IMG/VR virus record: IMGVR_UViG_3300032293_001631
Coordinates: 31,477-95,476 of that record
DNA length: 64,000 bases
Strand: one strand, 5' to 3'
DNA from: a virus
In this document: piece by piece, positions 29,384 through 39,829 of the stretch
Position numbering within the stretch: position 1 is the first letter of the stretch
Layout: each line of letters opens with the position of its first letter
Position numbers and translations under genes: made by a program
Notes under the pieces: model-generated
Seen by the model: the letters and a program-made list of their open reading frames with translations, nothing else
The model's database searches: none
What the model was told of the DNA's origin: nothing

Positions 29384-31708
29384 ATGGCTTATACCTCTAC
29401 ACAAAGATTTGTAAAGTTTGGATCATACTTGTTAATGGAGTATGATTACACTACTGCACCAACGCCCGAAATATATTACGTAAACACTGGTGTTCCTGCA
29501 GTAGGGTTTGAGAAGATTGTCAATGGATACTTTGATAATTCTGTACAGATATTAAATAATCCTTCCTCTGAATCAATAACGGGTAACGTAAGAGATCTTA
29601 GTGTTGTTCAGGTAGATAAAAATAGGTTCGTAACCTTAGACAATGATTATCTTGTGCCCTATTTAGATACGGATCCTAAATTAACATCCGTTAACAATCT
29701 ACCTGTTGTATTTCCTTCTAACATAGGTGTATACTATGACACTATAAAATTTCATATAGTAGCTGGATACAATTTTGGGAATATAGATGGTATAATAATA
29801 CAGGGACAATTCCAAGAAAGAACCGGAAAAAAAGCAACAATATTCCAGAGGATAATCACTAAATCTGATACATCATCAACTATATTAAACCCTAATCCTA
29901 TTTATTTAGGAGGAGCTTTATATGACCACTATATAGAGGTTAAGATTCCTGCTTATGCTAATATGGTTTATGAATTTGACATATTAGCAGGAACCCCAGC
30001 ACAAGCAAATACATTAGCAGCTAAAATATCTTCTGACGGTAACGGATTCTTAAAGGATGCACCGGTTAGCTTAAGTCTTTATGAAATATCTGCTACAACT
30101 TTAAAAAACGGATACGAGAATTACATAGCTCAGGTAAGAAATCAATTATCTGTTATTCCGAAAGATAACTTCTCTTCTTTAGCTGCTGTTATACAGCAGA
30201 ATCAATTTTATAATTATTTGGAATTCTATCCAACTTGGGATGGTAACTTCCTTGAGGATTTTTTGAATGCGGAGGGTAAAGTTGGTAATGTTTACTATGT
30301 TGTAAACGAGATAGAGGTAAAAGAACAAGTTGGTTTAACATACATTACAACATACAACTTTAGCAATACACAGACTCAGGATTTTAATGCGCCTAATATA
30401 TTTAGACCTGTTTTAATTAATCCTCTAACAACATCTTTTGTTGTTAATTATACTATGAGACTTGTAAACAAGGGTAATCAAAATCAGATAATACGAAGAT
30501 CTTCTTTCTCGTCTTTTGATGTTACTAAATACGGTAAAGAAAATAATGTAATATCTCTAACCACTGGTGCTTATTCACAAAAGGTTTATAATAAGGTTGT
30601 ACAGGCTCCTAATGTTATATCAGGTGGGCCTTCAATTGCTCCTCCTACACCTATAGAGAAAAGAATACCTGTTTTCTATAAGGATAATAATATTTCTGTA
30701 ACCAAAGAAACCTTAACTGTAGACAAGGATGGAAATATAATATCGGAAACATCCGTACCTGATGCTACTCAGATATATGGACAAGGTAAGGCAAAAATAG
30801 TTGTAGATCCCTTTGATAACTTCTATAAATTCACAGTGTATAATTATAAAGATGGAACATCTCCCGAGATTATAGATTTAGGAACTTCACTTAGCTATTA
30901 TATAGTTTTCTTAGATTCATCTGGACAAAGTGTAAGAGTAGAGAATATAAAGAACAGAACAACTGTATCTAATCCTTCTGCTGGACAAATAGCATTTAAG
31001 GTAGTAGAGACAAATTCTAAAAAAGTCCTAGGATTTACTTCAAGAGATTTCTATATAGTTTCGAGAACACCAGATGGAGTGGAGACTAAATTGTATTCTG
31101 GATCCTGGCAAACACAAGCGGAATTTATTGCAAGTACTACAACACCAACTACCGCTACAACCACAACCACAACAACTGGAGTAACTGGAACAGTGGTAAA
31201 TACAGTGGAAGGAACAAGTACAACAGGAACAAGTGTATCATCAATACCGACTACTTCTCAAGGAAATCAAATAGCTTCTAGAGTACCAGTAACCAAATTA
31301 ATAAAGAAAGTTAAGCCTTATAATTTAGGAAGCAGCTCTATACTAAGTGTAAAACCAACATCCGAGTTAAATACTACGGGTGGATTTGTTAGTACTTCTA
31401 AGAACAGCGTACCACCTGTGGCAAAAAGTAGCAACCAGGCCAATAGTATAAACATTGATGCTTTAGCAGATTCTATAGCTGGAAGAGAGGCACAGGGATT
31501 AAATGTACAGAAAGTTGTTAATTATTATTTTACTCCTGGAGCTCCTGGTAATTCTTTATTTAAAGGAATAAAAGGAAGCCAATTCTTAACTGCAGCTTTA
31601 CAGATACATCCTAAATTAGAGAATGGAGAATTTAATAAAACTTACATCCAATACTGTAATGCTTTAGGATTCCCTGTAACTAATGATCCTGGATCGGTTA
31701 AAAAATAA
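29384..31708 (+). CDS. Putative structural protein with Thr-rich linker
   Basis: 774 aa; STTTPTTATTTTTTTGVTGT low-complexity linker. Confidence 0.6.
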   Translation: MAYTSTQRFVKFGSYLLMEYDYTTAPTPEIYYVNTGVPAVGFEKIVNGYFDNSVQILNNPSSESITGNVRDLSVVQVDKNRFVTLDNDYLVPYLDTDPKLTSVNNLPVVFPSNIGVYYDTIKFHIVAGYNFGNIDGIIIQGQFQERTGKKATIFQRIITKSDTSSTILNPNPIYLGGALYDHYIEVKIPAYANMVYEFDILAGTPAQANTLAAKISSDGNGFLKDAPVSLSLYEISATTLKNGYENYIAQVRNQLSVIPKDNFSSLAAVIQQNQFYNYLEFYPTWDGNFLEDFLNAEGKVGNVYYVVNEIEVKEQVGLTYITTYNFSNTQTQDFNAPNIFRPVLINPLTTSFVVNYTMRLVNKGNQNQIIRRSSFSSFDVTKYGKENNVISLTTGAYSQKVYNKVVQAPNVISGGPSIAPPTPIEKRIPVFYKDNNISVTKETLTVDKDGNIISETSVPDATQIYGQGKAKIVVDPFDNFYKFTVYNYKDGTSPEIIDLGTSLSYYIVFLDSSGQSVRVENIKNRTTVSNPSAGQIAFKVVETNSKKVLGFTSRDFYIVSRTPDGVETKLYSGSWQTQAEFIASTTTPTTATTTTTTTGVTGTVVNTVEGTSTTGTSVSSIPTTSQGNQIASRVPVTKLIKKVKPYNLGSSSILSVKPTSELNTTGGFVSTSKNSVPPVAKSSNQANSINIDALADSIAGREAQGLNVQKVVNYYFTPGAPGNSLFKGIKGSQFLTAALQIHPKLENGEFNKTYIQYCNALGFPVTNDPGSVKK

Positions 31709-31715
31709 AGAGTAA

Positions 31716-32267
31716 ATGATTTTAAACGCAAGGCAGAATGGATTTATTTTCAATTTTCCAAAGGGATTTATTATTCCCGAGGTAGTTGAAAAATATGAGA
31801 AGTATATTAATAGAATGCCTATACCGTATGATACTGTAGACAGCTTTATAAATTCTACAATACAGCAGGTTAATTTTCCTACTCTTAGAACTATTGATAC
31901 AGTGGAACAAGTTAGACCTGGAGGTTTCAGACAATCTTACAAAAGTGCTACTACTTTACAGAACTTAATACAGAGAGATTTTACTGTTACCTTTAAACTT
32001 GGAGAGGGCTTTATAAACTATTGGGTCCTTTATGAGAACATAATAAAATTCCTAGATTTCCAAAACCCTAATGAATATCTTCCTGATTTTAGACTATTGC
32101 TTTTAGATAACGATGGGATCGTAATGACTAGTGTTCTTTTACAACAGCCGATATATACATCACTGTCGGAGATACAATTGAACTATGCAAGCACTACTCC
32201 TCAGTTTTCAACCTTTAGTATAGGATTTAAATGCAATTACGTTGATGTTAAACTTGAAATCGGATAA
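31716..32267 (+). CDS. Tail tube terminator / sheath stabiliser, T4 gp3-like
   Basis: IQQVNFP...FTVTFKLGEGFINYWVLYE...LLLLDN...SLSEIQLNY pattern of the gp3/tube fold. Confidence 0.65.
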   Translation: MILNARQNGFIFNFPKGFIIPEVVEKYEKYINRMPIPYDTVDSFINSTIQQVNFPTLRTIDTVEQVRPGGFRQSYKSATTLQNLIQRDFTVTFKLGEGFINYWVLYENIIKFLDFQNPNEYLPDFRLLLLDNDGIVMTSVLLQQPIYTSLSEIQLNYASTTPQFSTFSIGFKCNYVDVKLEIG

Positions 32268-32940
32268 GATAATAGGAGTTGATTTTTCCCTTAATTCCCC
32301 TGGATTTTGTATTTTAGAAAAAGATAAATGTAGATGGATAAGTCTTCATAGGACAACTAATATTATAGATAAGATGTTTAAGAAGGATGGATCTCCTTTT
32401 AACGTCTTAAACGACAATAAATGGGTCGATATAAACATAATTCCTAAGAAGGAATTCAATGGTGAGTATCACGAAAAGGAAAGGGATAAAATAATAAATG
32501 CTATATACTTTTCAGATTTTGCTATTAATCTTCTTGCTCCTTATATTGATGAATCAACCATAGTGGGAATGGAGGGACTTTCTTTCGGATCTTCGGGAAA
32601 CTCTCTAATAGACATATCAATGACTACCGCTCTAATAAGATCAGCAATAGTAAAGAGAATAGATCCTAATAATTTCTTTGTGCTTTCCCCGACTACTGTT
32701 AAAAAGTTTGCTCTGAAAGGAAACTCGAAGAAAGATGAATTATATAATACCTTATTAGAGACAAGAAACGAGGATAATAGATTGGCACCATTGATAAAAG
32801 ATCTAAAAGAATATAAGGATAAATGGATCAAGGGACCAAACAAGGTTGAAACTCCTTGCTCTGATATAATTGACGCAACTTGGATAGCTTTATTCGTAGA
32901 AGAAAATTTAGGGAAACTTTTATCTGGTAAGAAGGTATAA
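32242..32940 (+). CDS. RuvC-like Holliday junction resolvase
   Basis: IIGVDFSLNSPG, VGMEG, PTTVKKFA and DIIDA RNase H-fold catalytic motifs. Confidence 0.8.
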   Translation: MMLNLKSDKIIGVDFSLNSPGFCILEKDKCRWISLHRTTNIIDKMFKKDGSPFNVLNDNKWVDINIIPKKEFNGEYHEKERDKIINAIYFSDFAINLLAPYIDESTIVGMEGLSFGSSGNSLIDISMTTALIRSAIVKRIDPNNFFVLSPTTVKKFALKGNSKKDELYNTLLETRNEDNRLAPLIKDLKEYKDKWIKGPNKVETPCSDIIDATWIALFVEENLGKLLSGKKV

Positions 32941-32941
32941 G
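32913..32941 (+). promoter_or_regulatory. GAAAC-N18-TATAAG promoter motif upstream of ssb
   Basis: Same spacing as four other copies upstream of non-structural genes. Confidence 0.65.
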
Positions 32942-32978
32942 TATTAAATAAGTAATAATTTAAAATAATTTAAGAATC

Positions 32979-33950
32979 ATGGAAGAAAATTTTGACATTT
33001 TTAATCTGGACAACGAAGCATTTGTTAAACAAGAAATTAAGAAAGACGAGGATGAGTTTCTTTATAAACCATATCCTGAATTAGGTAAGGACGGAGTTTA
33101 TAAATCTTTGGTTAGATTTTTACCAAACATCACTAATCCTAAAAAATCAAAAATCCACCAATACTACGTTTGGTTGAAAGATCCAGTAGATGGAACAAAC
33201 CACAAAGCAATTTGTCCTTCTACAGTAGGAAAAAAATCAATTTTAAAAGATCTTTTCTGGAAGCTTAAAAATTCTGCTTCAGCTAAAGATCAAGAAATTG
33301 CTAAAGCATTCTCTAGAAAAGAAGATTTTTACTCTTTAATTCAAGTTGTTAAAGATGCTAATAGACCTGATCTAGAGGGTAAAATTATGATTTTAAAATT
33401 CGGTAGGAAAGTTAACGATCTTATCGAACAACAAATAAAACCAGAATTTGGTAATCCTTCTAATCCATACGATCTTTTCGAAGGAAAGAACTTCGGTATT
33501 CATGTAAGAAAAGTTGGCGAATGGAACAACTACGACTTATGTCAGTTTGTTGGTGACAAGATGCCACTTATGATAAACGGTGAAGCAGTTGAAAAAACTG
33601 AAAGTGGAAGAGATGCTGTAACTAAGTATCTTAAAACTGGACCTTTAGATCTTGATAAGTATGACTACAATGATTGGAGTGAGGATGAGAACGATAAGAT
33701 CATGAGAATTATTAGAAACACTATTCCTGATGGAAGATTGGTTTCTGAAATAATCGGATCTAGCTCAGATTCTCCTTCAAGAGCATCTTCATCACCAGCT
33801 TCTTCAACATCAGTCGATGATTTTTACGAAGAAGCTAGCTCTAGATCTACTACATCAGTAGAAGAAGAAAAAGAGGAAGCTCCTGCTAAGGCAGCTAAAC
33901 CAGCTAAAAAATCAGCACCTTCTTTAGACGATCTTTATAACGATCTATAA
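32979..33950 (+). CDS. Single-stranded DNA-binding protein, T4 gp32-like
   Basis: LVRFLP, VVKDANRPDLEGKIMILKFGRKV, NPYDLFEGKNF, acidic C-terminal tail ending SLDDLYNDL. Confidence 0.9.
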   Translation: MEENFDIFNLDNEAFVKQEIKKDEDEFLYKPYPELGKDGVYKSLVRFLPNITNPKKSKIHQYYVWLKDPVDGTNHKAICPSTVGKKSILKDLFWKLKNSASAKDQEIAKAFSRKEDFYSLIQVVKDANRPDLEGKIMILKFGRKVNDLIEQQIKPEFGNPSNPYDLFEGKNFGIHVRKVGEWNNYDLCQFVGDKMPLMINGEAVEKTESGRDAVTKYLKTGPLDLDKYDYNDWSEDENDKIMRIIRNTIPDGRLVSEIIGSSSDSPSRASSSPASSTSVDDFYEEASSRSTTSVEEEKEEAPAKAAKPAKKSAPSLDDLYNDL

Positions 33951-33964
33951 AATAATGGATTGTT

Positions 33965-35038
33965 ATGGAATCAAAGACGATAAGTGGGCTATCAGTAGAT
34001 AGGGTAAAAGGAATAGTATCTTCCGCTCTACTTAAGTTCTTTGGTAATGATCCACAAAGACTAAAAATCTACCAAGGGGGCAACAGATTAAATTTCTGTT
34101 GCCCTTATTGTGGGGATTCCAAGGATGCTAAAAAGAAGCGAGGAAATCTTTACACAGATACACTAACTTATAAATGTTACAACGGTGGCTGTGGTGTTTT
34201 TAAAAATCTAAATCAATTCACCAGAGATTTTGATATCCAGACTATGCTTTCTAGTGATGAGATATCAGAAATAGCGGAAATATCGAGGAACTCTACTATA
34301 AGAAAAAAAATAAGGAACTCCTTAGATTACTTTTTTTCTGAAAACTATAAGGACATTCTAATTGACAGAGAAGAGTTCAAGCAAAGACTTGGTCTAGTAG
34401 AATTAAGAGGAACATACGGGGAAAAATGGTTACTGGAAAGAAATCATGTACCCGATGCTAAATTTTTATGGGATCCTTCTAGAAAAAATCTATATCTTCT
34501 AAATTTATCCGGAGACGAAACTAAAATAATAGGATTGCAGATAAGACCGGTAGCAAAAAAGAATGGTGGTAGTAAATATTACACATACAAGCTAAGCGGA
34601 ATATACAAGAATCTTTTTAAAGTAACTGAACCGGAGATTATTCTTAAAGCCGAGGAAGTTGACCCAATATCTAGCGTTTTTGGATTCTCCACTGTTGATT
34701 TAGATTCTATGATAACAACGTTTGAAGGTCCTTTGGATGCTTGGCTTTGTCCTAATTCGATAGCTCTCTGCTCAATAAATAACCCATTCCCTTTTGATGT
34801 TACTAATAAGAGATGGATGTTAGATGGTGATGAAGTTGGTAGACAAAAGGCCAGGGAGTTCTTAGAAAACGGGGAGCAGGTTTTTCTCTGGGGAAGATTT
34901 ATAAAGGAGTGTGATTTACCCGAAAGAGCCAAATGGGATTTAAATGATGTAGTTAATTACGTTAGATCAACCGGTAAGAAAATAAAACGACTAGATAATT
35001 TCTTTTCGTCTGATAAATGGGATATTATAGATGTATGA
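33965..35038 (+). CDS. DNA primase, T4 gp61-like
   Basis: Zn finger NFCCPYCGDS...YKCYNGGC; TOPRIM FEGPLDA, LDGD, WDLND. Confidence 0.9.
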   Translation: MESKTISGLSVDRVKGIVSSALLKFFGNDPQRLKIYQGGNRLNFCCPYCGDSKDAKKKRGNLYTDTLTYKCYNGGCGVFKNLNQFTRDFDIQTMLSSDEISEIAEISRNSTIRKKIRNSLDYFFSENYKDILIDREEFKQRLGLVELRGTYGEKWLLERNHVPDAKFLWDPSRKNLYLLNLSGDETKIIGLQIRPVAKKNGGSKYYTYKLSGIYKNLFKVTEPEIILKAEEVDPISSVFGFSTVDLDSMITTFEGPLDAWLCPNSIALCSINNPFPFDVTNKRWMLDGDEVGRQKAREFLENGEQVFLWGRFIKECDLPERAKWDLNDVVNYVRSTGKKIKRLDNFFSSDKWDIIDV

Positions 35039-35214
35039 AGAAAAATAACAACAAAATAAAATTCCCAATAGAAATCAAGGGAGATCTATCACTCCCAGAA
35101 TTTGAAGTTTCTGAAAACTTTTCTATTACGGAGGTAAAAAAGAAGATCAGCTCAGAAGTAAAAGAGATTAAAAATAACAGGAAGAAAAAATGTCAGAGCA
35201 ACAGCCTAATGTAG
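35035..35214 (+). CDS. Small basic hypothetical protein
   Basis: ORF between primase and uvsY; ATG 35035 overlaps the primase stop (ATGA). Confidence 0.5.
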   Translation: MKKNNNKIKFPIEIKGDLSLPEFEVSENFSITEVKKKISSEVKEIKNNRKKKCQSNSLM

Positions 35215-35654
35215 AGAAGAAGGATTTCGCTAGAGAATTTCAATTAGAAAGGGAAGAGTGGACGGAGAAGATAAGGATCTTGTCCGTAAGAATGAAAAAT
35301 ATAAAAGAGCTTGCTGAGGTTCAGGTTGAATTATATTCTAGCAGACAAATGCTATTAGAAATGTATTCTAAGCTTGGACAAGTTATGGTTAAGCTCAATG
35401 GAAAATATAGAAAGGATAGAGCAGAAAGATTAAAATATTATTCTGAATCAGTTCAAGTAAAGTATGGGGCAAACGAAAAAACCCCACTTATTGAAGGTGA
35501 CCTTTCTGAGTTAAAGGAGAGAATGGATCTGGTAGATGGTCAGATATCTTTCTTTAACGAAACTATGAAGACTGTTGATCATATGTTATATGGGATACGC
35601 CATCGTATTATGTTGGAGGATTACCTAAGGAGTGGAGCGGTCAGAAGGGACTAA
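35190..35654 (+). CDS. uvsY: Recombination mediator, UvsY-like
   Basis: 154-aa helical protein (RLKYYS...IEGDL...ETMKTVDHMLYGIRHRI) upstream of uvsW, as in T4-like phages. Confidence 0.6.
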   Translation: MSEQQPNVEKKDFAREFQLEREEWTEKIRILSVRMKNIKELAEVQVELYSSRQMLLEMYSKLGQVMVKLNGKYRKDRAERLKYYSESVQVKYGANEKTPLIEGDLSELKERMDLVDGQISFFNETMKTVDHMLYGIRHRIMLEDYLRSGAVRRD

Positions 35655-35705
35655 ATCTATATTTTACACCGTATAGTAGATATATAATCCATAAGATGAG
35701 CTATT

Positions 35706-36413
35706 ATGGATTATTATGTTTACGTTTATCTAGATCCATCAAAACCTGGAAATTATAAATATGGAGATTTTTCTTTCGAGTTTGAGCCATTTTATATAGG
35801 AAAGGGAAGGAATCATAGATACAGAACACATCTCTTAAAAGTAAGAAGAGATAATTATAAAAATCTTCCCAAGTATCATGTTATAAAAAAAATACTAAAC
35901 ATGGGTCTAGAGCCTATAATAATTAAATACAAGGAAGATCTATCAGAAAAAGACTCTTTTTTACTGGAGAAAAATATGATAGAATCCATAGGTAGAAAGG
36001 ACATAGGTAAAGGACCTCTAAGAAATTTGAGCAACGGAGGAGAGGGTAACGGAGAAAGAAAATTTACTGATGAGCATAGGATGAATTTAAGCCTGTCAAG
36101 AAAGGGCAAAAACTCCGATAAACAGATGGAGAATCTTAAAAAAATACATCAAAGAATGATCGGTAATAAAAGAACCCTAGGATTTAAATTTTCTGATGAG
36201 AGTAAGAAAAAATTAGCGGAGTCTCATTATAAGCCAGTTTTACAAATATCAAAAGATGGTGAAATATTAAACGAGTTTAGATCTATAAAAGATGCTGAAT
36301 GCTATATAGGAGTATCTATCAAAAAAGTTCTGAGCGGAAAGGGAAAAACTGCCGGGGGATTTATTTGGAGATATAAAATAATTACTAATAATGTTAAGAT
36401 TTGTAGTAAGTGA
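35706..36413 (+). mobile_element. Free-standing GIY-YIG (LEM-3-like) homing endonuclease with NUMOD3/NUMOD1-like DNA-binding repeats
   Basis: YYVYVYLDP...PFYIGKG.R, LEKNMI, LRNLSNGGEG, FSDESKKKLAESH, KPVLQISKDGEILNEFRSIKDA...KTAGGFIWRY; GATATATA at 35679-35686. Confidence 0.85.
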
Positions 36414-37932
36414 AGATAATAATTGGTTAAGTTTAGTAGATTATTCTGAGGATTTTGAGAGAAAACAAATAGACATATCCTTAACTAAAAAAATACATAA
36501 TCATTTTTTCCACCCATTGGTTAAGAAAAAACATTGGGATGGATCAATATGTTTCGTTGATAAAAAATTACCAATCTGGAGAGTTCCAATTGGGCTTTGG
36601 TCTGAAGTCTACCAGATATGCGAAAAATATAAGATAGAGGTAAAAATAGATGGACTAGAAAGACTAATAGATTCATCCTTTACTCTTGAGCACTTTACTG
36701 AATGGTGTAACAATTTTTTTGAAGGTGGGGTCGGTGGAGATCCTAACAAAATGCCGAGGGACTACCAAATAGAAACTGCTTGGAAGATAATCAAGTTTAA
36801 GCTATCTGTTTCTGAAGTTGCTACGAGCTCAGGTAAAACATTAATTGCCTTTATGGTAATGGCATATCTTAAAGAGGTGATGAAGGTTAAGAAATTCTTA
36901 ATGATCGTCCCTAATACCAACTTAGTTATTCAGGGATCTGAAGATTTTGAAGAGTATGGACTAGAAAATCTTGAAGATTGCGAGATACAACAAATACACG
37001 GCGCAAATAAGAAAAAGATATCTGGAGGACTGATGATCGGTACTTACCAATCTTTAGTTAAGATGGATCCGGAGTTTTTTGATGACGTTGAGGCAGTTTT
37101 TGTTGATGAATGTCACCAGGCACAGAGTGCTTCAATTAAAAAAGTTGTAGCCCTATGTAGAGATTCTAAATGGAGATTTGGTCTATCCGGAACATTAGCA
37201 AATAAAAACACCGCGGAGTATTTAACTATACAGCAGTTCCTAGGACCGTTGATAATGGAAATATCTCCTAAATTTCTATTTGATAACAAATATGCTACAC
37301 CAGTTTCTATCAAGATAGTAAAGATGGATTGGATGGATCCTGCTGTCAAAGAAAAGTTATCTTCCTTAAAAGAGAATAAAACTGAAATGGAGGGGAACGA
37401 GATATTTAATTTGGAGAGAAAACTAGTTGTTGGATCAGATAAGAGACTTAACTATATAATAGACTTCGTACTAAAGACATCAAAAAACTCTTTGATTCTT
37501 TTCCAATCTGTTGGAGAGGGATACGGAAAAAAAATATATGATGGGATAAGAGAAAAAACTAACGACCGAGAGGTTTATTATATAGATGGTGATACTGATC
37601 CTGATAAAAGGGATATCTTTACTAAGAGAATGGAGGATGGCACTAATAAAATAATGGTGGCTTCATTCGGTACAATGTCAACTGGTATCTCTGTAAAAAA
37701 CATTCATAACATATTCTTAACAGAATCTTATAAATCCGAAGTTCTTATAAAACAAAGCTTGGGAAGGGGGATGAGATTATTTGAAGGTAAGGAGAAGGTT
37801 AATATAATAGATTTCGTTGATGACTTCTCCTGGGAGGGTAAAGAGAACTATTTAATGAAGCACTCAAAGGAAAGAATTGAAATTTACAAGAAAGAACATT
37901 TCGATTATAAGATATACGAAGTCAAAATTTAA
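36391..37932 (+). CDS. uvsW: SF2 DNA helicase, UvsW-like
   Basis: PRDYQ, ATSSGKT, VDECH, GLSGT, STGISVKNIH, QSLGRGMR. Confidence 0.92.
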   Translation: MLRFVVSEDNNWLSLVDYSEDFERKQIDISLTKKIHNHFFHPLVKKKHWDGSICFVDKKLPIWRVPIGLWSEVYQICEKYKIEVKIDGLERLIDSSFTLEHFTEWCNNFFEGGVGGDPNKMPRDYQIETAWKIIKFKLSVSEVATSSGKTLIAFMVMAYLKEVMKVKKFLMIVPNTNLVIQGSEDFEEYGLENLEDCEIQQIHGANKKKISGGLMIGTYQSLVKMDPEFFDDVEAVFVDECHQAQSASIKKVVALCRDSKWRFGLSGTLANKNTAEYLTIQQFLGPLIMEISPKFLFDNKYATPVSIKIVKMDWMDPAVKEKLSSLKENKTEMEGNEIFNLERKLVVGSDKRLNYIIDFVLKTSKNSLILFQSVGEGYGKKIYDGIREKTNDREVYYIDGDTDPDKRDIFTKRMEDGTNKIMVASFGTMSTGISVKNIHNIFLTESYKSEVLIKQSLGRGMRLFEGKEKVNIIDFVDDFSWEGKENYLMKHSKERIEIYKKEHFDYKIYEVKI

Positions 37933-37939
37933 AGATTAG

Positions 37940-37947
37940 GATATATA
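37940..37947 (+). promoter_or_regulatory. GATATATA late-type promoter motif at the start of the CTS-tagged block
   Basis: Exact motif in the uvsW-37969 spacer. Confidence 0.65.
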
Positions 37948-37968
37948 GAATAGAAATAAGATATTTTA

Positions 37969-38577
37969 ATGTCCAGAATTAAGAATTTTAGCGATTTTTG
38001 TAGATTAAATGAAGCTTCTGGTGATGATCTTTTCTTTAGAAGACATCTAGGAGACAATGCTTCATCTTATAAAGATAGAGCTAAGAACCATTACGAACTT
38101 GGTGATAATCCTACTGTTTTATCAAAGGTTAGCAACTTCTTTCAGAAGATGGAAGATAGAATAAATAGAGCTGCAGATATCGGAAAAATGCAGGTCAGAC
38201 AGAACAGGGCAACAAGAACACACGGAGGTCCTGATACTGGATTTGAAATGTTATTCGGAACCCTTTCAGTTGTTCCTAGTGTTCTTAAAAGAGTTTTTGC
38301 TCCAACTAAATATGAGTTTACAAAGAAAGCTCCTAGTGAAGACACTGTTGATGTTGAATTTATTAGACACACTAACGAGGACTTTACCAAAAACGAACTT
38401 CCTAATATTAAAACCGAAGAACAATTAGCAGATCACATAGGTGATATGTATAGCAGAGGAGAAGTACAAATGGGACAGGTACCTGTTCTAGACGATATTG
38501 CTAAGAATAGAGTTAATCTTTATTATCAGCACCAGGCAAATCCTAATCAGCCTATATTCCAACCAAATAATTTATAA
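37969..38577 (+). CDS. Hypothetical protein with CTS-like N-terminus (putative internal head protein)
   Basis: MSRIKNFSDFCRLNE|A. Confidence 0.7.
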   Translation: MSRIKNFSDFCRLNEASGDDLFFRRHLGDNASSYKDRAKNHYELGDNPTVLSKVSNFFQKMEDRINRAADIGKMQVRQNRATRTHGGPDTGFEMLFGTLSVVPSVLKRVFAPTKYEFTKKAPSEDTVDVEFIRHTNEDFTKNELPNIKTEEQLADHIGDMYSRGEVQMGQVPVLDDIAKNRVNLYYQHQANPNQPIFQPNNL

Positions 38578-38579
38578 AA

Positions 38580-39380
38580 ATGAAAAAATTTTCTTCCGTA
38601 GTAGAAAAAAAGAAACAAGAACTAAATGAAGCGAAACTAGTAAGTGAAAGAAACCTCTATCTAGAATTTGCTAAGAAATATCACAAAAAGCATGGTGTTT
38701 CTGGACCTTTCGATAAAAAATTCCAAGGGGATAAGAAAAAGCAAGAGGCTTATATGGAAGAGCTTGCTAAAGCTTGGGATCAGCACAAGAAAGATAAAGG
38801 AATTAAAAATAAGCCAGCTAACCATAAGTTCGATTTTGCAAAAAAGAGAATGAACGAATCTAAAGCATTAGATATGGCAAGATCTATGGTTGGTGACGGC
38901 GGAGATCCTAATTATCATTTTGTAACTATGTGTGACGACTTTTATTTTGAAAAGGGAGAAGACATGATTAGATACAGCAAAGATATGATGGCATCTCCAA
39001 TAAAAATAAAAACTACTCCGGACTTAGGAGCATACACATTCGGACCATTTGCTAACTTAGAGGAATCTAAAAATTTTGCTGCAAGTATTGAGTTGGATGA
39101 GATAAATGGACCTAGAATGGTTATGATCGAGGACAGAAAAACGGGAGAGGTATATTCCAAGTATCTAACTTGTAAAATGCAACCAGTTTGGAATGAAATC
39201 GAGGAGGAAGAAGAAATTGAAGAGGAAGAAGAGTACGAAGATCCTAATGCTGAGTACACCTACAAAGACGAAGAAGAGGATGACGCTTCGGAAGTAGAGG
39301 ACGAAGATGAAGACGAGGATGAGGATGAAGACGAGGAATATACTGCTACTATCCACCAAGAGGAGGACGAAGAAGAATAA
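38580..39380 (+). CDS. Hypothetical putative core/internal head protein with highly acidic tail
   Basis: MKKFSSVVE...LNE|A; YLEFAKKYHKKHGVSGP helical module; about 60-aa Glu/Asp tail. Confidence 0.7.
   Translation: MKKFSSVVEKKKQELNEAKLVSERNLYLEFAKKYHKKHGVSGPFDKKFQGDKKKQEAYMEELAKAWDQHKKDKGIKNKPANHKFDFAKKRMNESKALDMARSMVGDGGDPNYHFVTMCDDFYFEKGEDMIRYSKDMMASPIKIKTTPDLGAYTFGPFANLEESKNFAASIELDEINGPRMVMIEDRKTGEVYSKYLTCKMQPVWNEIEEEEEIEEEEEYEDPNAEYTYKDEEEDDASEVEDEDEDEDEDEDEEYTATIHQEEDEEE
39195..39377 (+). repeat. GAR/GAY codon-rich low-complexity tract encoding the poly-Glu/Asp tail
   Basis: gaggaggaagaagaaattgaagaggaagaa...gacgaagatgaagacgaggatgaggatgaagac. Confidence 0.7.
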
Positions 39381-39385
39381 AATAT

Positions 39386-39829
39386 ATGTTTAATTCCGGT
39401 GGAAAACAAGCTCTATATCCCGTATTACAACACTATACAGGATTTAAGATATCCTCCATTTTTTTAGATGGGGAATATCTTTCCTTTGTTACTTTCTTGG
39501 GTGAAAGAGGAATTTTGAACGAGGATCCATCGGGGGATTGGAATATAAAAATCGAGGACAAAATAGTATACAGAATTGAGAAAGATATCTTTAATGTATT
39601 AGTAAATCCCGATAAAAGAAATACCCTGGAAGACTACATAGAAATATTAAATAGACTTTGTAGGAAACCAAATGTGAGCCATAGGTCTAAAATACTCTTG
39701 AGTAATATAATTAAATTCTTGGAAGAGTTTATATTAAATTCTGATTTTGTACCACAAAAGAAAATAAGAATTGGTTCTTTCGAGATTTTTAATATACATG
39801 GTAGAAAAATTATTAATAGCTTAAACTAA
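39386..39829 (+). CDS. Hypothetical protein
   Basis: 147-aa ORF; stop overlaps the next start (TAATG). Confidence 0.65.
   Translation: MFNSGGKQALYPVLQHYTGFKISSIFLDGEYLSFVTFLGERGILNEDPSGDWNIKIEDKIVYRIEKDIFNVLVNPDKRNTLEDYIEILNRLCRKPNVSHRSKILLSNIIKFLEEFILNSDFVPQKKIRIGSFEIFNIHGRKIINSLN

Noticed and set aside
35655-36413. Group I intron housing the homing endonuclease
   Set aside because: Both flanking genes appear complete and there is no room for an intron core (about 50 nt upstream, overlap downstream).
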